From contig CM052817.1 in assembly GCA_028534125.1 (NCBI GenBank), positions 41,170,001-41,234,000 on the forward strand: a stretch of DNA of 64,000 nt. Direction: 5' to 3'. The position numbers were made by a program, and so were the translations under genes. Below are positions 1-12,260 of the stretch, one piece after another. Under the pieces are notes generated by a model, which did no database searches, was not told the origin of the DNA, and saw only the letters and a program-made list of their open reading frames with translations. The stretch is from Lama glama. Taxonomy: Eukaryota. Every line of letters begins with the position of its first letter. Positions within the stretch are counted from its first letter, which is position 1.

Positions 1-1019
1 TGTAGCCCATCTACTTAATATATCATAAATATTTTTTGCCTTCCTACATAATCTCCGCTAAGAGTTCAATTACTGCATAATATATTGAATAGATGTACTT
101 TCATGTGCATATTTACTACATCCTGGTGTCCTTTATGTTCTTCCACTTACTTTACGAATTTGTCTATTTTGATATTTTGAACATAATTGTTCTTTATCAG
201 ATTGTTGTAGTTCCTTAATATTTTATTTTCAGTTAGTTTTAATCATACAACTACATACTACATAATAGTAAGTTCATTTTTCTAGCAAAACATATTTTAC
301 AAACATGAACTAAAAAACAGAATTCATTTGGATGGAAATTTTGTTGACAGCAAACTGTGAAAACACACTAATCAAAGACATCTGAGGTTGTTTTGCTCAC
401 TCAGATGTCAAAAAGTTCTTTCTCTCTTGCTCATCTTGCTTATTTTAAACTGTCTTCTCTTTCTCACTCAAAAGAATGATTTTTAAAAGGCCACCCTTTT
501 TCTGAATCTCTCATATTCTCCAGCTTACAGATAAAATCTTTGCCTCCTTTTGAAGTAGCAGCTGGTTAGTATTTAAACCAGGTATATTGTTTTTATATTC
601 ATTGGTAGTAGAAGATAGTATTACTTTACAGCGTCCAAGTGAACCAAGAATATTGCTATTATAGAATTTATATGATGCAGAGAAATCTGCTCATTACTGA
701 TCTTCCTCACAGATATCTTGAGAAAGAAAACACAGCTTTGAGTTCTCTGCTTCTGAAGTACATGAAAAATAGCAAGGAATTTAAAATCAGAATATATGAC
801 CAATCACATTTATTAGAACTGTATTAGTTTCAGCTGTCTAACGTGAATTTCTGTAAGAGGAGAAACTTCCATTTGGAAACTCAATAATGGATTTAAAATG
901 CTTAAGTCAGATATTACACCTCTCGCAAAGATTATCCCGAGATGTCTTTGAGAAAGAATCTAAACACAATAAGTCTAAGCAACATAATTAATCTGCTGAG
1001 GGAGATTTGAGGCATCTCA

Positions 1020-1120
1020 GATCTGCTAGGGACAGGCTTTCTGACTTTGGGCTCGTCACGTTTGCCCAGGCCTCTGTCTTCTCATTTGTCAAGTGAAATG
1101 GTTGCATGACAAGATCCCAG
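1020..1120 (+). mobile_element. MIR SINE fragment
   Basis: Core-like sequence tgactttggg...gcctctgtcttctcatttgtcaagtg. Confidence 0.55.
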
Positions 1121-1950
1121 AGGATCACAGGATGCGTCCCCTGGATGGAGTCTCAGAGACAGTCAGCATTAGAAGGCTGATCCATCTGCAGAGCTGAGCT
1201 AAGGATCTCCTTCAGTTCGGACTCTGACTCAACTACCCATGGAAGTTGTAGGGGGAAAAACCAATACTTTCCCACTTTCATTATTTCAGTCGCTGGTTTC
1301 ATTTCCTCCTTTGTAGGAACCCCCTGCTGTGACGTACAGGAAGGATGCTTGAAGTGGAAGTGAAAGCAGAAACTCCAGGCAATATAGGAAACACCACGTG
1401 AACCTATATGCCTGTAAGGGGGCTGGCTATGTATTGTTCTGAGTAATTTGCAAGGAACGGTGTTTAACAATATCCACTTCCTCAACTGGTACCTTCCTTT
1501 AGTGAATGTACTGCCTAAAAGATATTAAACTTAAGAGTCAAAATTTCAAAGTAAAACCTCCCTAGGAATTTTCTTATAAGAGAAATAAATGTTGTCACCA
1601 ACTGTCAGAGGTTCACAGGAATTCCAGGTCAACTGGAATTTCTTTGTTATAAGTGCCTATAAATGTATCATTAAATAAAATGGGGAGCATTCAGTAGAAA
1701 AGCTCTTGAACAAGGCTGGTAATAGAGATGTCTTGTAAAGAGCATAGATTCATCGGAGATTTGTGTATGAGTGGCTACTTCAAGCCCTTCCACAGTACCG
1801 TTTTATTTTGCCAAGTATGTGATTGGTATGGGTATGGACAGGCTGCTAGGGAGGGAGGGCCAAAGACATTCCCCAAATTCAGCGTCTCTGGTTGCTCACG
1901 CTCCAAGCTATTTTCAATAGCCATGGCCACTGCTAAGGCTGGGTCTAGAA

Positions 1951-2226
1951 TAGCAATTTTTACATCTTTTTTGACCACAGCCCAGAATAGAAACACATTT
2001 TGAACCATAAACCAGTTCTCATATTTGTGAACATATGCATGTTTGTAAATAAATAGATACATCTGAAAAAAAGTCTCAGGAAGTGACCCACTCACCATTA
2101 GGGGGTGTGCTCTGAGACTTTCCATTTTAGTCTCTGCTGCTCAATTTGTTAACAGTCTTATGATAACCCACCATATTGACTATAAAATCCACAAATAGGT
2201 TGCCATCCACAGTTTGAAAAACACTG
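1951..2226. mobile_element. hAT-Charlie non-autonomous DNA transposon (Charlie4-like)
   Basis: Ends cacagtttgaaaaacactg. 8-bp TSD gtctagaa (1943-1950) / gtctagat (2227-2234) fits the NTCTAGAN Charlie target. Similar to the copy at 18738-18999. Confidence 0.75.
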
Positions 2227-2754
2227 GTCTAGATTAGTAATAATGATGGTGATAAATATGATAATAATACAATGAAAGCATCAACCAACAGAACCCTGAG
2301 CCTTCTGTAGAAGAATCAGGTATTTAAGAGTGACCTCGATTGAGTAGAAGATGTGGAGGAACTCTCCTACAGTCCAGCAGGATTTTCTGAGACAAAAACC
2401 GACAACCATTTGGGAGGCTTTGTCCCCAATCCACCTGTGTTCCTGATTCATCTAAACAGTGTTGCATTAGAGGTTTGAAAGATCTACTTCTGTATATACT
2501 CTGGATTTGGGAGTTAAAGGGAAATTCAATTGTATAACACACCATTATTTTATGAACTGCTAAGGAGAAAATGCTGTCAGTTACTATGATTGTAAAATGT
2601 CAGCAGTTATATGACATATCTTTATTTCAGATAGAAATCAACACTGGATTAATCACTTTGAGAGCTCTCCCTCAGTTCCTCCAGAGGACCAACAGGGGCT
2701 TTCTTATCCATGGGGGAAATTGCCTAGGGTTGTATTTTATTCGTCTTACACAAT

Positions 2755-2870
2755 TTCATAGAATTCTGAGCTTGAAAGGCATTCTCAGTGATAATATGAT
2801 TTGTTCCTCCTCGTGTTACAGTTGAAGAATCTGGTACCCAGGGAGATGATGTGACTTGCCTCAGATAACA
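2755..2870 (-). mobile_element. MIR/MIR3 fragment
   Basis: ttacagttgaagaatctggtacccagggagatgatgtgacttgcc matches the antisense MIR core. Confidence 0.65.
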
Positions 2871-3889
2871 TACCAACATAGAGACCAAAAGAAGTTAAAA
2901 ACAAACAAAAAGATCTAGGTTGTCAGACTGGAAAGGAGAAATAGTAGCACAGAGTAAATAAAAACTGGAACCAAAACCTCCAGTTCAGTTAGTCTGTCTC
3001 CTCAGTTTTTGATATGGAATTGATCATATCAAAACAAGTTCATTAAAAGGAGACCCGCAGGCTCCTTCTGTCTTTTAGATCCAGTGTCTCCATTCTGTGG
3101 AGAGGAAGAAATTATTGCCATACCCTGTCTTCCTCAGACATCCTCGTAGTCATGATATTGTTCCCTTTTCAAGAACCCAAGAGCTACTGTGGTTTCGATC
3201 CAATTTCTTATTTTCTGTCAGGCCACCTGGATCTTCACTTAATTTGTTTATTTATAATTTATACACCATCCATTTCTCATAAGGATTAGCTGGATCAGCC
3301 TTTCCACCTAGTTAACTTAATCCAGTTATACTAGCCTCAGTCTCCTTGATTCTTGACGAAGTCCCAGTCTACTGTTTAAGTAAATCCCGCCTGCCCCCAT
3401 CCACAGGTGGTGTGAGGCTTCCCACTCCCATCATGTTACAAATGTTCCTCATACCGATTCCTGTTTATCTTTTCTTTTGAATCCAACTTGTACCTCGCTC
3501 TAGAAAACTCCTTTACTTAATGTTGTTTTGTGGTCCCTACGTGCTGAAAGTATTCTGCATTCCTTTCATTGTTACTCAGAAATTTACTTGCAAGATGCTT
3601 TCTAACTGATGTCCACTTTTGCTTTCAGGGTACCACTTTTGCATTGCCCATAACTTTGAGGATGATGCTTGGTAGGAAGGAATATCCAAGCACACACACA
3701 TACTCCACACTGAGACCCAGGAAGAAATACATGATCAAAACAGCAAAGCTGTACTAATGTTTATTCATAAAGGGTTAGTTCATCATCTAGTGAACAGCCG
3801 AGGGACAGAACATGTGACTAACTGAGAGACTGCTAGATGTCCTCTCTCCACACTCACCATCTGCATCTTAACACATAACTCATACTTAA

Positions 3890-4180
3890 CTGTCCAGCTC
3901 CTCGAGGATGCTTTCTCACACCTCTGTGCCTTTATTCGTGATCTTCTCAGCCTTGAGCACCCCTCACCACTTTCTTCACCTGGATCACACACGTCCTTCC
4001 TGAAATCTCTCAGGAGTTCTCTCTTACCACCACTCTGTCCACGTTCCCCATCACTGCGCACCTACAGAGTCCTGAGTAACCATGGACCATAATAGCACTT
4101 CCATGTATCTTAATCGTCTGCTCATGGGTTCCCATCTTAGCTAGCCTGAGAGGTACTTGAGATAAGGTGCCAAGGATCCT
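3890..4180 (+). mobile_element. L2 LINE 3' fragment
   Basis: cacctctgtgcctttattcgtgatcttctc...catggaccataatagcactt resembles the L2 3' region. Confidence 0.5.
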
Positions 4181-4766
4181 CTTTGAAACTTTGCCACCTG
4201 CAGTGTCACAGGAAAACAAAAAGAAAATAAATTTGAGAGAAATGTTATATTCGCCACCGAATGACTGGGGTTAGTGAGCGAACAGAACCACACTTATTCC
4301 TCCTGGTTACTGGAGGTTATTCTTGGAGTCAGGTTGCTTTTTAGAGCTCATCTTTGGTGCTAAATAAGTCATGTAAGCTTGTTAGCTGTATCTTAGGAAA
4401 AAAATATTGTGTAAAGAGCCACTTGGCCTTCTGTCCAATGACTCATCAGGCAGCCTTAGAAATGCTGTTTCTCTCCTTAATGCTGCAGCAGTGTCACTGC
4501 CATGATATTGTCTGGGTTGGATAACTCATACTGACTGCTCATTTCTCTTGAATGATGGTTTTCTTTACCCTTCAAAATAAGTTATGTGTGTATTAGCATT
4601 AATAAAGTTCTATTAATTCATTTCACTTCACCTTTTTCTCTACTATTGCTCCCACACCACTGGCAATGTTTTCAGAGCCAGGGAAGGGATCCTCTTAGGA
4701 AAAAGGAGGCCATTGAAGTTTATTTTCAAGTATTTAGTGAGTAGCCTGACTATCAGTCAGTTTGCG

Positions 4767-4800
4767 TTCTGGAATTCATAATCTGAGAGGTATTCCTTTT
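4767..4800 (+). repeat. 34-bp exact dispersed direct repeat, copy 1
   Basis: ttctggaattcataatctgagaggtattcctttt, identical to 7552-7585. Confidence 0.95.
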
Positions 4801-5014
4801 ACTCTGAACCACACGAGAAGGATATCACTGGACAGACCAAAGGTGAGACTCAAAAATAGGTCGTATTAGAGTTTCTCATTTTCCTGCTTTGCTAGACATC
4901 ATGACATTTAGCATAATGGAAATGGAATGGACTTTGTAGTCATATTCCAACATCTGTGGAATGCCACATACATTGTCAGGATGGTGCAAAGGACATCTGA
5001 GTCACACAAAGCTT

Positions 5015-5225
5015 GATATAACCTTCTCTGCCATTTGCCACCTGGGTGATACTGGGCAGTTGACTTTCCCTCTGTGCCTATGTTACCTCATCTGTAAAAT
5101 GGGATTTAAACACTTGCCTCATAGAATTGTTGTGAAACATGCATGTAAAAGAGTACATGTACAGGCTCACATATATTGAATGTCAGGTACATTTCAAATC
5201 TTTAAAATGTTGGCCATTACTAGTA
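5015..5225 (+). mobile_element. MIR SINE
   Basis: gggcagttgactttccctctgtgcctatgttacctcatctgtaaaatggg core. Confidence 0.8.
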
Positions 5226-5589
5226 TCATCACTTCCAGGTTATTTTGTAAAATTGACGTCTCATTAAATATTTTTTCATTAGTATCTCACATTATTTAAA
5301 GATTTAAATTTGAAAAGCACAATCAGTGGCCTATCATGCATGACCGCCAGCACTAACATTGTAGATTTAGGATTTGTAATGTAATTTGTTTTGTTTTGTT
5401 TTGTTTATCATTCAAGGTTTACTCTAGGCTTACCTCGTGCTAGGCACAAGGATTATTACAAAGCTGAATCACTCAGGACCCAGAATACCATTACTGATAT
5501 TTGACAGCTCCTTCTATGCAGGGTCCTTGGTAAAGCAAGCTCTCTGGTGGTTTCTTTCGGCTCAGTCAATTACTTTGGACAGTTTTTAC

Positions 5590-6910
5590 TGATCCAGGAA
5601 AAACCTGAGCTGAAGAGACAGTATCATAAAATGACTCAAAATCCAAAGAAAGCTTCTAAATGATTTCTATCCATGCTGTGTAGGAAGACAACTCTTGGTA
5701 AGTCAGCTGAAACAAGAGGGTCTTTTTCCAGAAAAAATAGGCATGACTACTTAGGCCATGAGTTGTTACCTCAAGGTTCTGCGTGTAGATTCAAGGTTGT
5801 GGGGCAAAGTCTGTAAGCAGCAAGTCTATTTAAAAGAATATGGCATTTTGGAAAGTTGTTTATAATTTAGTTTTTTTTTCTTTGAAGTATATAGTCAGTT
5901 TACAATGTTGAGTCAATCATAATTTACTTTTAAGTGAAAAGACAAATTCCAAAATACAGAAAATCTAGATACACCAACATTAGAAAGTGAAGAGGAAGTT
6001 GTGGGACTGCAGGTGGATTTTCTTTCATTTAAGTGTCTTTCTAACTTGTAAACAGTCAGTGTATGCATATTATGTAATAAGATAAAAACCACATGAAAAA
6101 GAAAGTGAATACAGTCCGAAATTTATCTGAATGAAGTTCAAGGACGTCTATAGCAGTTCGTATCACCTGGTAACAAGTCATTTAAGTATTGATACAACCG
6201 TGAAAGGAGAGGCGGCGGATTATATTTGAAATATCCAGGTGACCCCTAGAAAGTGCAGTGTGCTGGAGTGCTCAACAAAACCCAGGAGTACAGGATAAAA
6301 ATCTACATTTGCTTCCTACTCACGTGGGTAAGAGCATCTCCCACAAAATATTTTCAAAGACCCTTTTGCCAGATCATTGAGACCAACATGCTTCCTATAA
6401 CATTTCAGTAAAAACAGTTGCTATAAACTGTTATTTATTTGTTAAAACTATGATCCTATCATAAAAAAGACTCTCTCATTGCAAGGGAGTGGCACAGAAA
6501 CCTCTTGGTAAAGAATTAGTTTATCTTACTAGTCATAAGCCTACAGAGGTTATTCTAAATCCAGAGGATTAAAAAGAACTGAACAAATAGAATTTTAACC
6601 CCCCCCCCAGTTTTTCATATTCATAAAAATTAAGATTGGCCATATAAAGCAAAACTTCTCAAAGAAAGACTAAGCTTGTCTTGCCTTCCAAAGTTAAAAT
6701 CGTAGTAATTAGAATTCAGGAAACAATACAAAGAATTGCTGTATAATTGCTTACACCCAAAGAACAAAGCATGCCAAATGTCAGACCACAGACTCTCACA
6801 GACCTCAACTTCTTTCTAAACCAGGAAGGATAAGGTGGTTATAAAATAAAGGATACTTTGTGTTTAAAATTTTGGTTTAGACTGCAGGTAGCAGGATAAA
6901 AGCTATCTCT
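5590..6910 (+). mobile_element. Possible highly degenerate Gypsy/Ty3-like LTR-retrotransposon integrase remnant, interrupted by later insertions
   Basis: Manual translation gives motif-like fragments in the expected order: HDYLGH (5742-5759), FI*MKFKDV..QFVS (about 6123-6165), QP*KE/ADYI*..VTPR (about 6195-6250), IFKDPFAR (6350-6373), DKVVIK..LDCR*QDKSY (6829-6906). Many stops and frameshifts. Confidence 0.4.
5870..5918 (-). mobile_element. Extremely 5'-truncated young L1 3' end (about 49 bp)
   Basis: Poly(T) plus ttgaagtatatagtcagtttacaatgttg, flanked by TSD ataattta (5862-5869, 5919-5926). Confidence 0.75.
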
Positions 6911-7551
6911 TTGCTACAATGAGGCCAAGCGATCTGGAAGGTGAACAGTGCTGGTAAGAAGCTAGTAGACATTGAACTTTTAATTAGACCTCAGTTAAAG
7001 CAGAACTCCAAGTTAGAGAAAGAAAACCCAGAGGCAGCTTCCTTGAGAGACACAACCAATAATTCCACTCCTACCAGTGGGTGAGCCTCACCCTCTTATA
7101 GATTAAAAGCTTATGTTGGTGAGGGCAAAGACAGGAAAGATGTTGGGTATGCCAGAGAAGTATGGTGTGATACAGTTCTGTTCAGTTTTGTCTGGCTGCT
7201 CCTTTCAGATCTGAGTCTTTCATGATTGAGGAAGTAGAGTACAGGTTAATTACATCCTTCTTCATTCTACTAAGGTTTTGTGATGAGCCTCTGCCTTTTC
7301 CTGCCACTCTAAACACTGCTTATCTTGAATGACAAATTATATGTTCTGTGAGTCATTGATCTTTCTTGGTTATTAATTCCTAATTATCCAGAAATCCACA
7401 GGTAAGTAGACTCCTCCAGTCTTAGCAGAGACAGGTAGTGATATTCCTAGTCTTCCATTTGTAGACTTTTCAAGAGTGGGACAGAAGGAGAAATTCCAAA
7501 CTGTTAAATACATATTTACTTGAATAAAGGATGATTTCTACCACTATAGCA

Positions 7552-7585
7552 TTCTGGAATTCATAATCTGAGAGGTATTCCTTTT
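7552..7585 (+). repeat. 34-bp exact dispersed direct repeat, copy 2
   Basis: Identical to 4767-4800. Confidence 0.95.
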
Positions 7586-7947
7586 GCCCTAACAGAGTTA
7601 AGGAGAGTAAAGTGAAGCTGTAGGTTGGGCTTATTACACCACATACATAATTTTGCAATTGATTTATTAGGGTAGGCACAGTAAGAAATAGACTGTGGAC
7701 TCCATGTTGGTATCTAGTCAGTCTGTATATAATACCGGTAACTTTAATTATAATAGAAAGTGTCATTTCTTTCCATATATCTTGTTTGTTTGTTTGCAAT
7801 TCCGTAAGTAGAGTTTGTATTGGTGCCAAGGGTTTCCCAGATATTTTTAAATAAGTACTATAACATTTCCTGCCCAGAAACATGGTAACTTGATTATAAA
7901 ATCTATAGCTGTGTAATTTTTGTTTTAAGGATAGATTCTGGATTGTC

Positions 7948-8075
7948 CATTCATGGAAGTATTTATTGAGCATCTGTTATTTGCCAGGTAGTAGGAATTC
8001 CGATCTCTAGGCATTTACAAGGTAATGGAGGAAACAGACAAGAGACAATAAGAATTCAATTTGATAAATATGAAC
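7948..8075 (-). mobile_element. L2 3' end
   Basis: cattcatggaagtatttattgagcatctgttatttgccagg. Confidence 0.7.
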
Positions 8076-8079
8076 TTTA

Positions 8080-8523
8080 GGCATAAGAACAATATGCTAC
8101 AAAAAAATTGGTAATTTATTGACTCTTTTTTCTGAAACATATAAGGTTACACTCGTTCAGGGCCAGCTAGATTTAGGGGCTCAAACAATATGTTAGGGCC
8201 AGAGTGTCTTTCTGTCTTTCCGTGTCTCAGCTTTTCCTTCTTTGAGACAGTGTCATTCTTAGGCAGCAGATTGGCTCCAATGGCTCCAAGCTTACTCCCA
8301 CCAAAACAGAAAGTTCATCCCATTAGTTCCTACAGAAGTCCCAGGGCTGGCTCTGATTTACAATTCTTGAATTCTGCGTCCACTTCTGATATAAGCACTG
8401 TGGTCCTGTGATACACTACTCTCATTGGCTACTTGGTGATGTGGACATAGTTAGGGATGGGTGAGTCTCCAGGGAAAAAACCAGGGTGCTACTAGCAAGA
8501 GAAGCAACAGATGTCCACCACAT
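8080..8523 (-). mobile_element. MaLR solo LTR (MLT1J/K-like)
   Basis: aatttattgactc...ggggctcaaacaat...aagtcccagggctggctctgatt...cagatgtccaccaca, typical antisense MLT1 motifs. Confidence 0.65.
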
Positions 8524-9149
8524 ATGATTATCGATTGTATTAAACATTTAGCTCATTAAGCATGAGCTCCCATATCACTGGATTCAATGACTCTCTATCC
8601 TATTTCAATTTCTACTTTATACCAAATATATTTATTCTATATTTGAATATAGTCTGTAAGGAGAGGTCTATACTAGGCTCTTCAAGATGAACACACACAG
8701 TCACTTACTAAAACTGAAGTCCATTAAAGAGCTGAGCAACCTTCAGATGTATCACTGAGAATACCAAGGCATGAGCAGATAGGCTGAAAACAAAAGACTG
8801 AAATAAAGAAAAGGAAAAGGAAACGTTAAAATAAAAGAAACATGGTGGACTCAGTAGAGCATGCTCCCAAATCTTTGAATCCATTGATATTTAGGAGTTG
8901 CCTCCATGACTGATTTTAGAGATTTGTCCCTCTCAATTTAGCTCAAAGAGAGAAATAGAGAACAAGTGAGCTACAATGACTTCCAAGTAATTAAAAAAAT
9001 GCCAAACAAAAAGATGTTTTTCAACTCTTTACCTTTTATCTCAGATAACTGACTAAAAAAGCAAGGAACAAACAAATTTAAAAACTTGAAATCAATCTCT
9101 TCTCTACGGAGAAGCTTATTTGTTTGATTTCCCCAAATGTTGCTTGAAT

Positions 9150-9210
9150 GATGCTGTCACGTGGCAGGTCAGTTACATAAGCAGGAAGTAATTTATCAGT
9201 AAACACGTAA
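9150..9210. promoter_or_regulatory. Dense transcription-factor motif cluster (E-box, AGGTCA, D-box, ETS, FOX)
   Basis: CACGTG 9158-9163, AGGTCA 9166-9171, GTTACATAA 9172-9180, CAGGAAGT 9182-9189, GTAAACA 9199-9205, in apparently unique sequence. Confidence 0.4.
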
Positions 9211-9494
9211 CTGTATTTTTCCACAGGACCAAGATGTTCCAATAGTTTCGCAGTAAAATGAGTTTATTTTATTAGAGATCTATTTTCATAAGCTGAAGGT
9301 CATTACTGGTCATTGCTACTCTGAGTATGCCCTAAATAAACCCCCAAATAAGCACGTTAAACAAAAGCTATGGTAGAAATTCAGGCTTGGGAATAGTCAT
9401 GTATCAAAAAAATTAAGCCTAAAAGCTCATCATCTTTTGTATGTTCTCAAATCTTTCCAATTTAGAGACCTTCTAATGATTATATTAAAAAATA

Positions 9495-9745
9495 CGTGTT
9501 TCCCGCTCTGTACTTCACAGCACTTTCTGTGCTTGTTATTGTAGCAATCTTATACACTTTGTTGTGCCTGCCTTTTTGTGGTAAAGGATTGATGACGGTG
9601 TCATTTGCTTTTCTACATGACTGCCTTTATATGTGGACTTGAGCTCCTTAAGGAAGGGGAGTAAATCTTTATTTATCTTTTGATCCAGAAACTGTGTTTG
9701 GTGCCTACTAAATGAATGCTGAGTAAAATAAAGGAGCGATAAATG
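9495..9745 (+). mobile_element. L2 3' end
   Basis: gagctccttaaggaagggga...tttatcttttgatcc...aaatgaatgctgagtaaaataaa. Confidence 0.6.
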
Positions 9746-10534
9746 ATTTAATGGGCTCTTCTATTTAGATTAATTCCTGAACTCCTGTTTATTATCATCT
9801 TCATTAGTTTCATGTTTGAAGAGCTTCAAAGCTTAATTCTCCCTCACTTCACCAGCTCCTAAGTATATATCTGCTTACAGAATTCGAGCATGATTTATGC
9901 AGAGACTGGAATGACAGCTTGGGCCTGGGCCAGGTCCCCGGCTGGAGTACAGGCATGGCTGGCAGTGTCTGGTTAACTCACAGGACAGACCACCAATTGC
10001 CTTTTTGTGTTGAGTAAAGAAGAGACGCCTGGTGAAAAAACAACCAACTATATTTACTGCTTCCAGCCATGTTTACCCATACACATGTGGGCATGTTTGG
10101 CAAATTCTTGAGTCTGCTCCAAAGAAGATTTTAAGGTTAGGGGACTGTGATAGCCACTGGAAGAGAATACATTTTAAGAGAAAATAGCCAAGCATGACAG
10201 GCCAAGCCAATGGCACACACTTCCTTACTTTGGAAGGAGAGGGGATTCTGTGCTCAAGCAGGGTTGCCGCTTGGATTGTCTCTACCCACCCATTAGACCT
10301 AGGGAAGGCAGAAGGACCCTAAGCCAAAGATGGAAGAACTCTCTTAGTAAACCCTCTAACATCTGGGGTATATTTTTACAGTACTTTGAGATCCCGCAAA
10401 TAGAGTGCAACACAAAGTAGGCTCAGCCATTCTCCTTCTGTCCCTTCCTTACCAGCCCTGTATCACATTCTCCTGAACAGTTTTTCGGGAAGAATTCTTT
10501 TTAATCTATTATATTGCTAAGCATCATTCTTTTC

Positions 10535-11560
10535 TTATTTTATTTTTATGTTTTAGGGAAGTGTAGTTGATTTACAATATTGTGTTGGTTTCAGGTATAT
10601 AGCAAAATGATTCAGTTATACATTTATATATTCCTTTTCATTTTTTTCCATTATAGGCTATTATAAGTTACTGAATACGGTTCCCTATGATATACATTTA
10701 ATCCTTGCTGTTTATCCATTTTACATAAAGTAGTGTGTATCTGTTAATCCCAAACTCCTAGTTTATCCCTCCCCCCACCTTTCCCCTTTGGTAACCATAA
10801 GTTTGTTTTCTATGTCTGTGAGTCTGTTTCTGTTTTGTAAATAAGTTCATTTGTATTATTTTTTAGAGTCCACATATAAGTGATATCATATAGTGTTTGT
10901 CTTTTTCTGTCTAACTTATTTCACTTAGTATAATCATTTCTAGGTCCAGCCATGTTGCTACAAATGGCAGTATTTCATTTTTTATGGCTGGGTAATATTC
11001 CATCATATGTATATACTACATCTTCTTTATCCATCCATCTGTTGATGAATACTTAGATTGCTTCCATGTCTTAGCTATTGTAAATTGTGCTGCTGTGAAC
11101 ATTGGGGTGCATGTATCTTTTTGAATTAGAATTTTTTCATCTTTTCAGGAGATACGCCCAGGAGTGAGATTGCTGGATCATATGGTAGCTCTATTTTTCA
11201 TTTCTTAAAGAACCTTTATCCTGTTCTCCATAGTAGCCGCACCAATTCACATTCCTACCAATGGTGTAGGAGGGTTCCCATTTCTTCACACTGTCTACAA
11301 AATTTATTATTTGCAGACATTTTGATGGTGCCATTCTGACCAGAGTGAGGTGATACTTCATTGTATTTTTGATTTGCTTTTCTCTGATAATTAGCGATGT
11401 TGAGCATCTTTTCACATGCCTCTTGGCCATTACATATCTTTTTTTAGAGAAATGTCTATTTAGGTCTTTTGACCATTTTCTGATTGGATTATTTGTTTTT
11501 TTGACATTGAGTTGAATGAACTGTTTGTATATTTTGGAAACTGAGCTCCTGTTGGTTGCA
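10535..11560 (-). mobile_element. 5'-truncated LINE-1 (3'UTR plus end of ORF2), cetartiodactyl type
   Basis: T-rich tail then gtgtagttgatttacaatattgtg. ORF 11191-11430 [34 protein letters not shown] matches the L1 ORF2p C-terminal region. Confidence 0.95.
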
Positions 11561-11854
11561 GTTTGTCTCTGTAGTTTGGATCAAGTATTATAGTTTGGGG
11601 TCTTTCAAATGGCAAATTCACATCTAAATTGAGTTTGATAAACTTTCACATCACTAATCTATGCCATGTATTTAAGAGACTGGTTACAAAATGACATGTG
11701 TTCTCAATATTCTCAACAATAAGATGTTTTTCCAGCTTTGTTGACAAATTGACAGATAGACTTTTCTTGTTTGCCGTCCTGCCCCAGCAGCTTTGTCTCA
11801 CAGGTAATAATAGTAATGCTCTACTCTGACCATGGAAATGACCATGGAAAGGGA

Positions 11855-12080
11855 GCTCAGTATGGTGGAGGAATGGAGGGGACTTTTGAGAAAGGAGACG
11901 TTGGCTCCAACCCTAACTGTACTATGGACTAGTTGTGTGATCATGAGTAAGGTCACTGCACCCCTTTCCACCTCAGTTTCTGCACAGGTGAATAGCAACC
12001 ACGCACATGTAGTGGGCAGACTAAGCAAGAAACAAGACAATGTTTGTTAAGTACTTGTAACATGGTAGGTACTGAAAAAG
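11855..12080 (+). mobile_element. MIR SINE
   Basis: tagttgtgtgatcatgagtaaggtcactgcacccctttccacctcagtttc. Confidence 0.7.
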
Positions 12081-12169
12081 CCAGCTTTATGATCTAGTAG
12101 TGTTTCTCCCTGGAAGCTCAGCTATCTCTATGGGTTCAAGATATGACTCATCTCTTTAATAAAGTCATT

Positions 12170-12260
12170 GTACTTTGGGGCTAGAAGTTACCTTAGAGAT
12201 CAGTTAGTTAGTGGTATTTCACAGATGGGGAAAACACGGCACTGGAAAGTTAAATGGTGT
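12170..12260 (-). mobile_element. MIR fragment
   Basis: ctagaagttaccttagagatc...tttcacagatggggaaaac. Confidence 0.55.

Noticed and set aside
3007..3034. 10-bp inverted repeat ttttgatatg/catatcaaaa
   Set aside because: AT-rich 10-bp stems are expected by chance in 64 kb.
7470..7973. 167-aa minus-strand ORF
   Set aside because: Starts inside an L2 remnant, AT-rich, no recognisable domain; length expected by chance.
8840..8870. ggtggactcagtagagcatgc, tRNA A-box-like
   Set aside because: No B-box, cloverleaf or SINE body follows.
11191..11430. 79-aa ORF with real protein homology
   Set aside because: Decayed L1 ORF2p C-terminal fragment, not a host gene. The same applies to 39859-40059.
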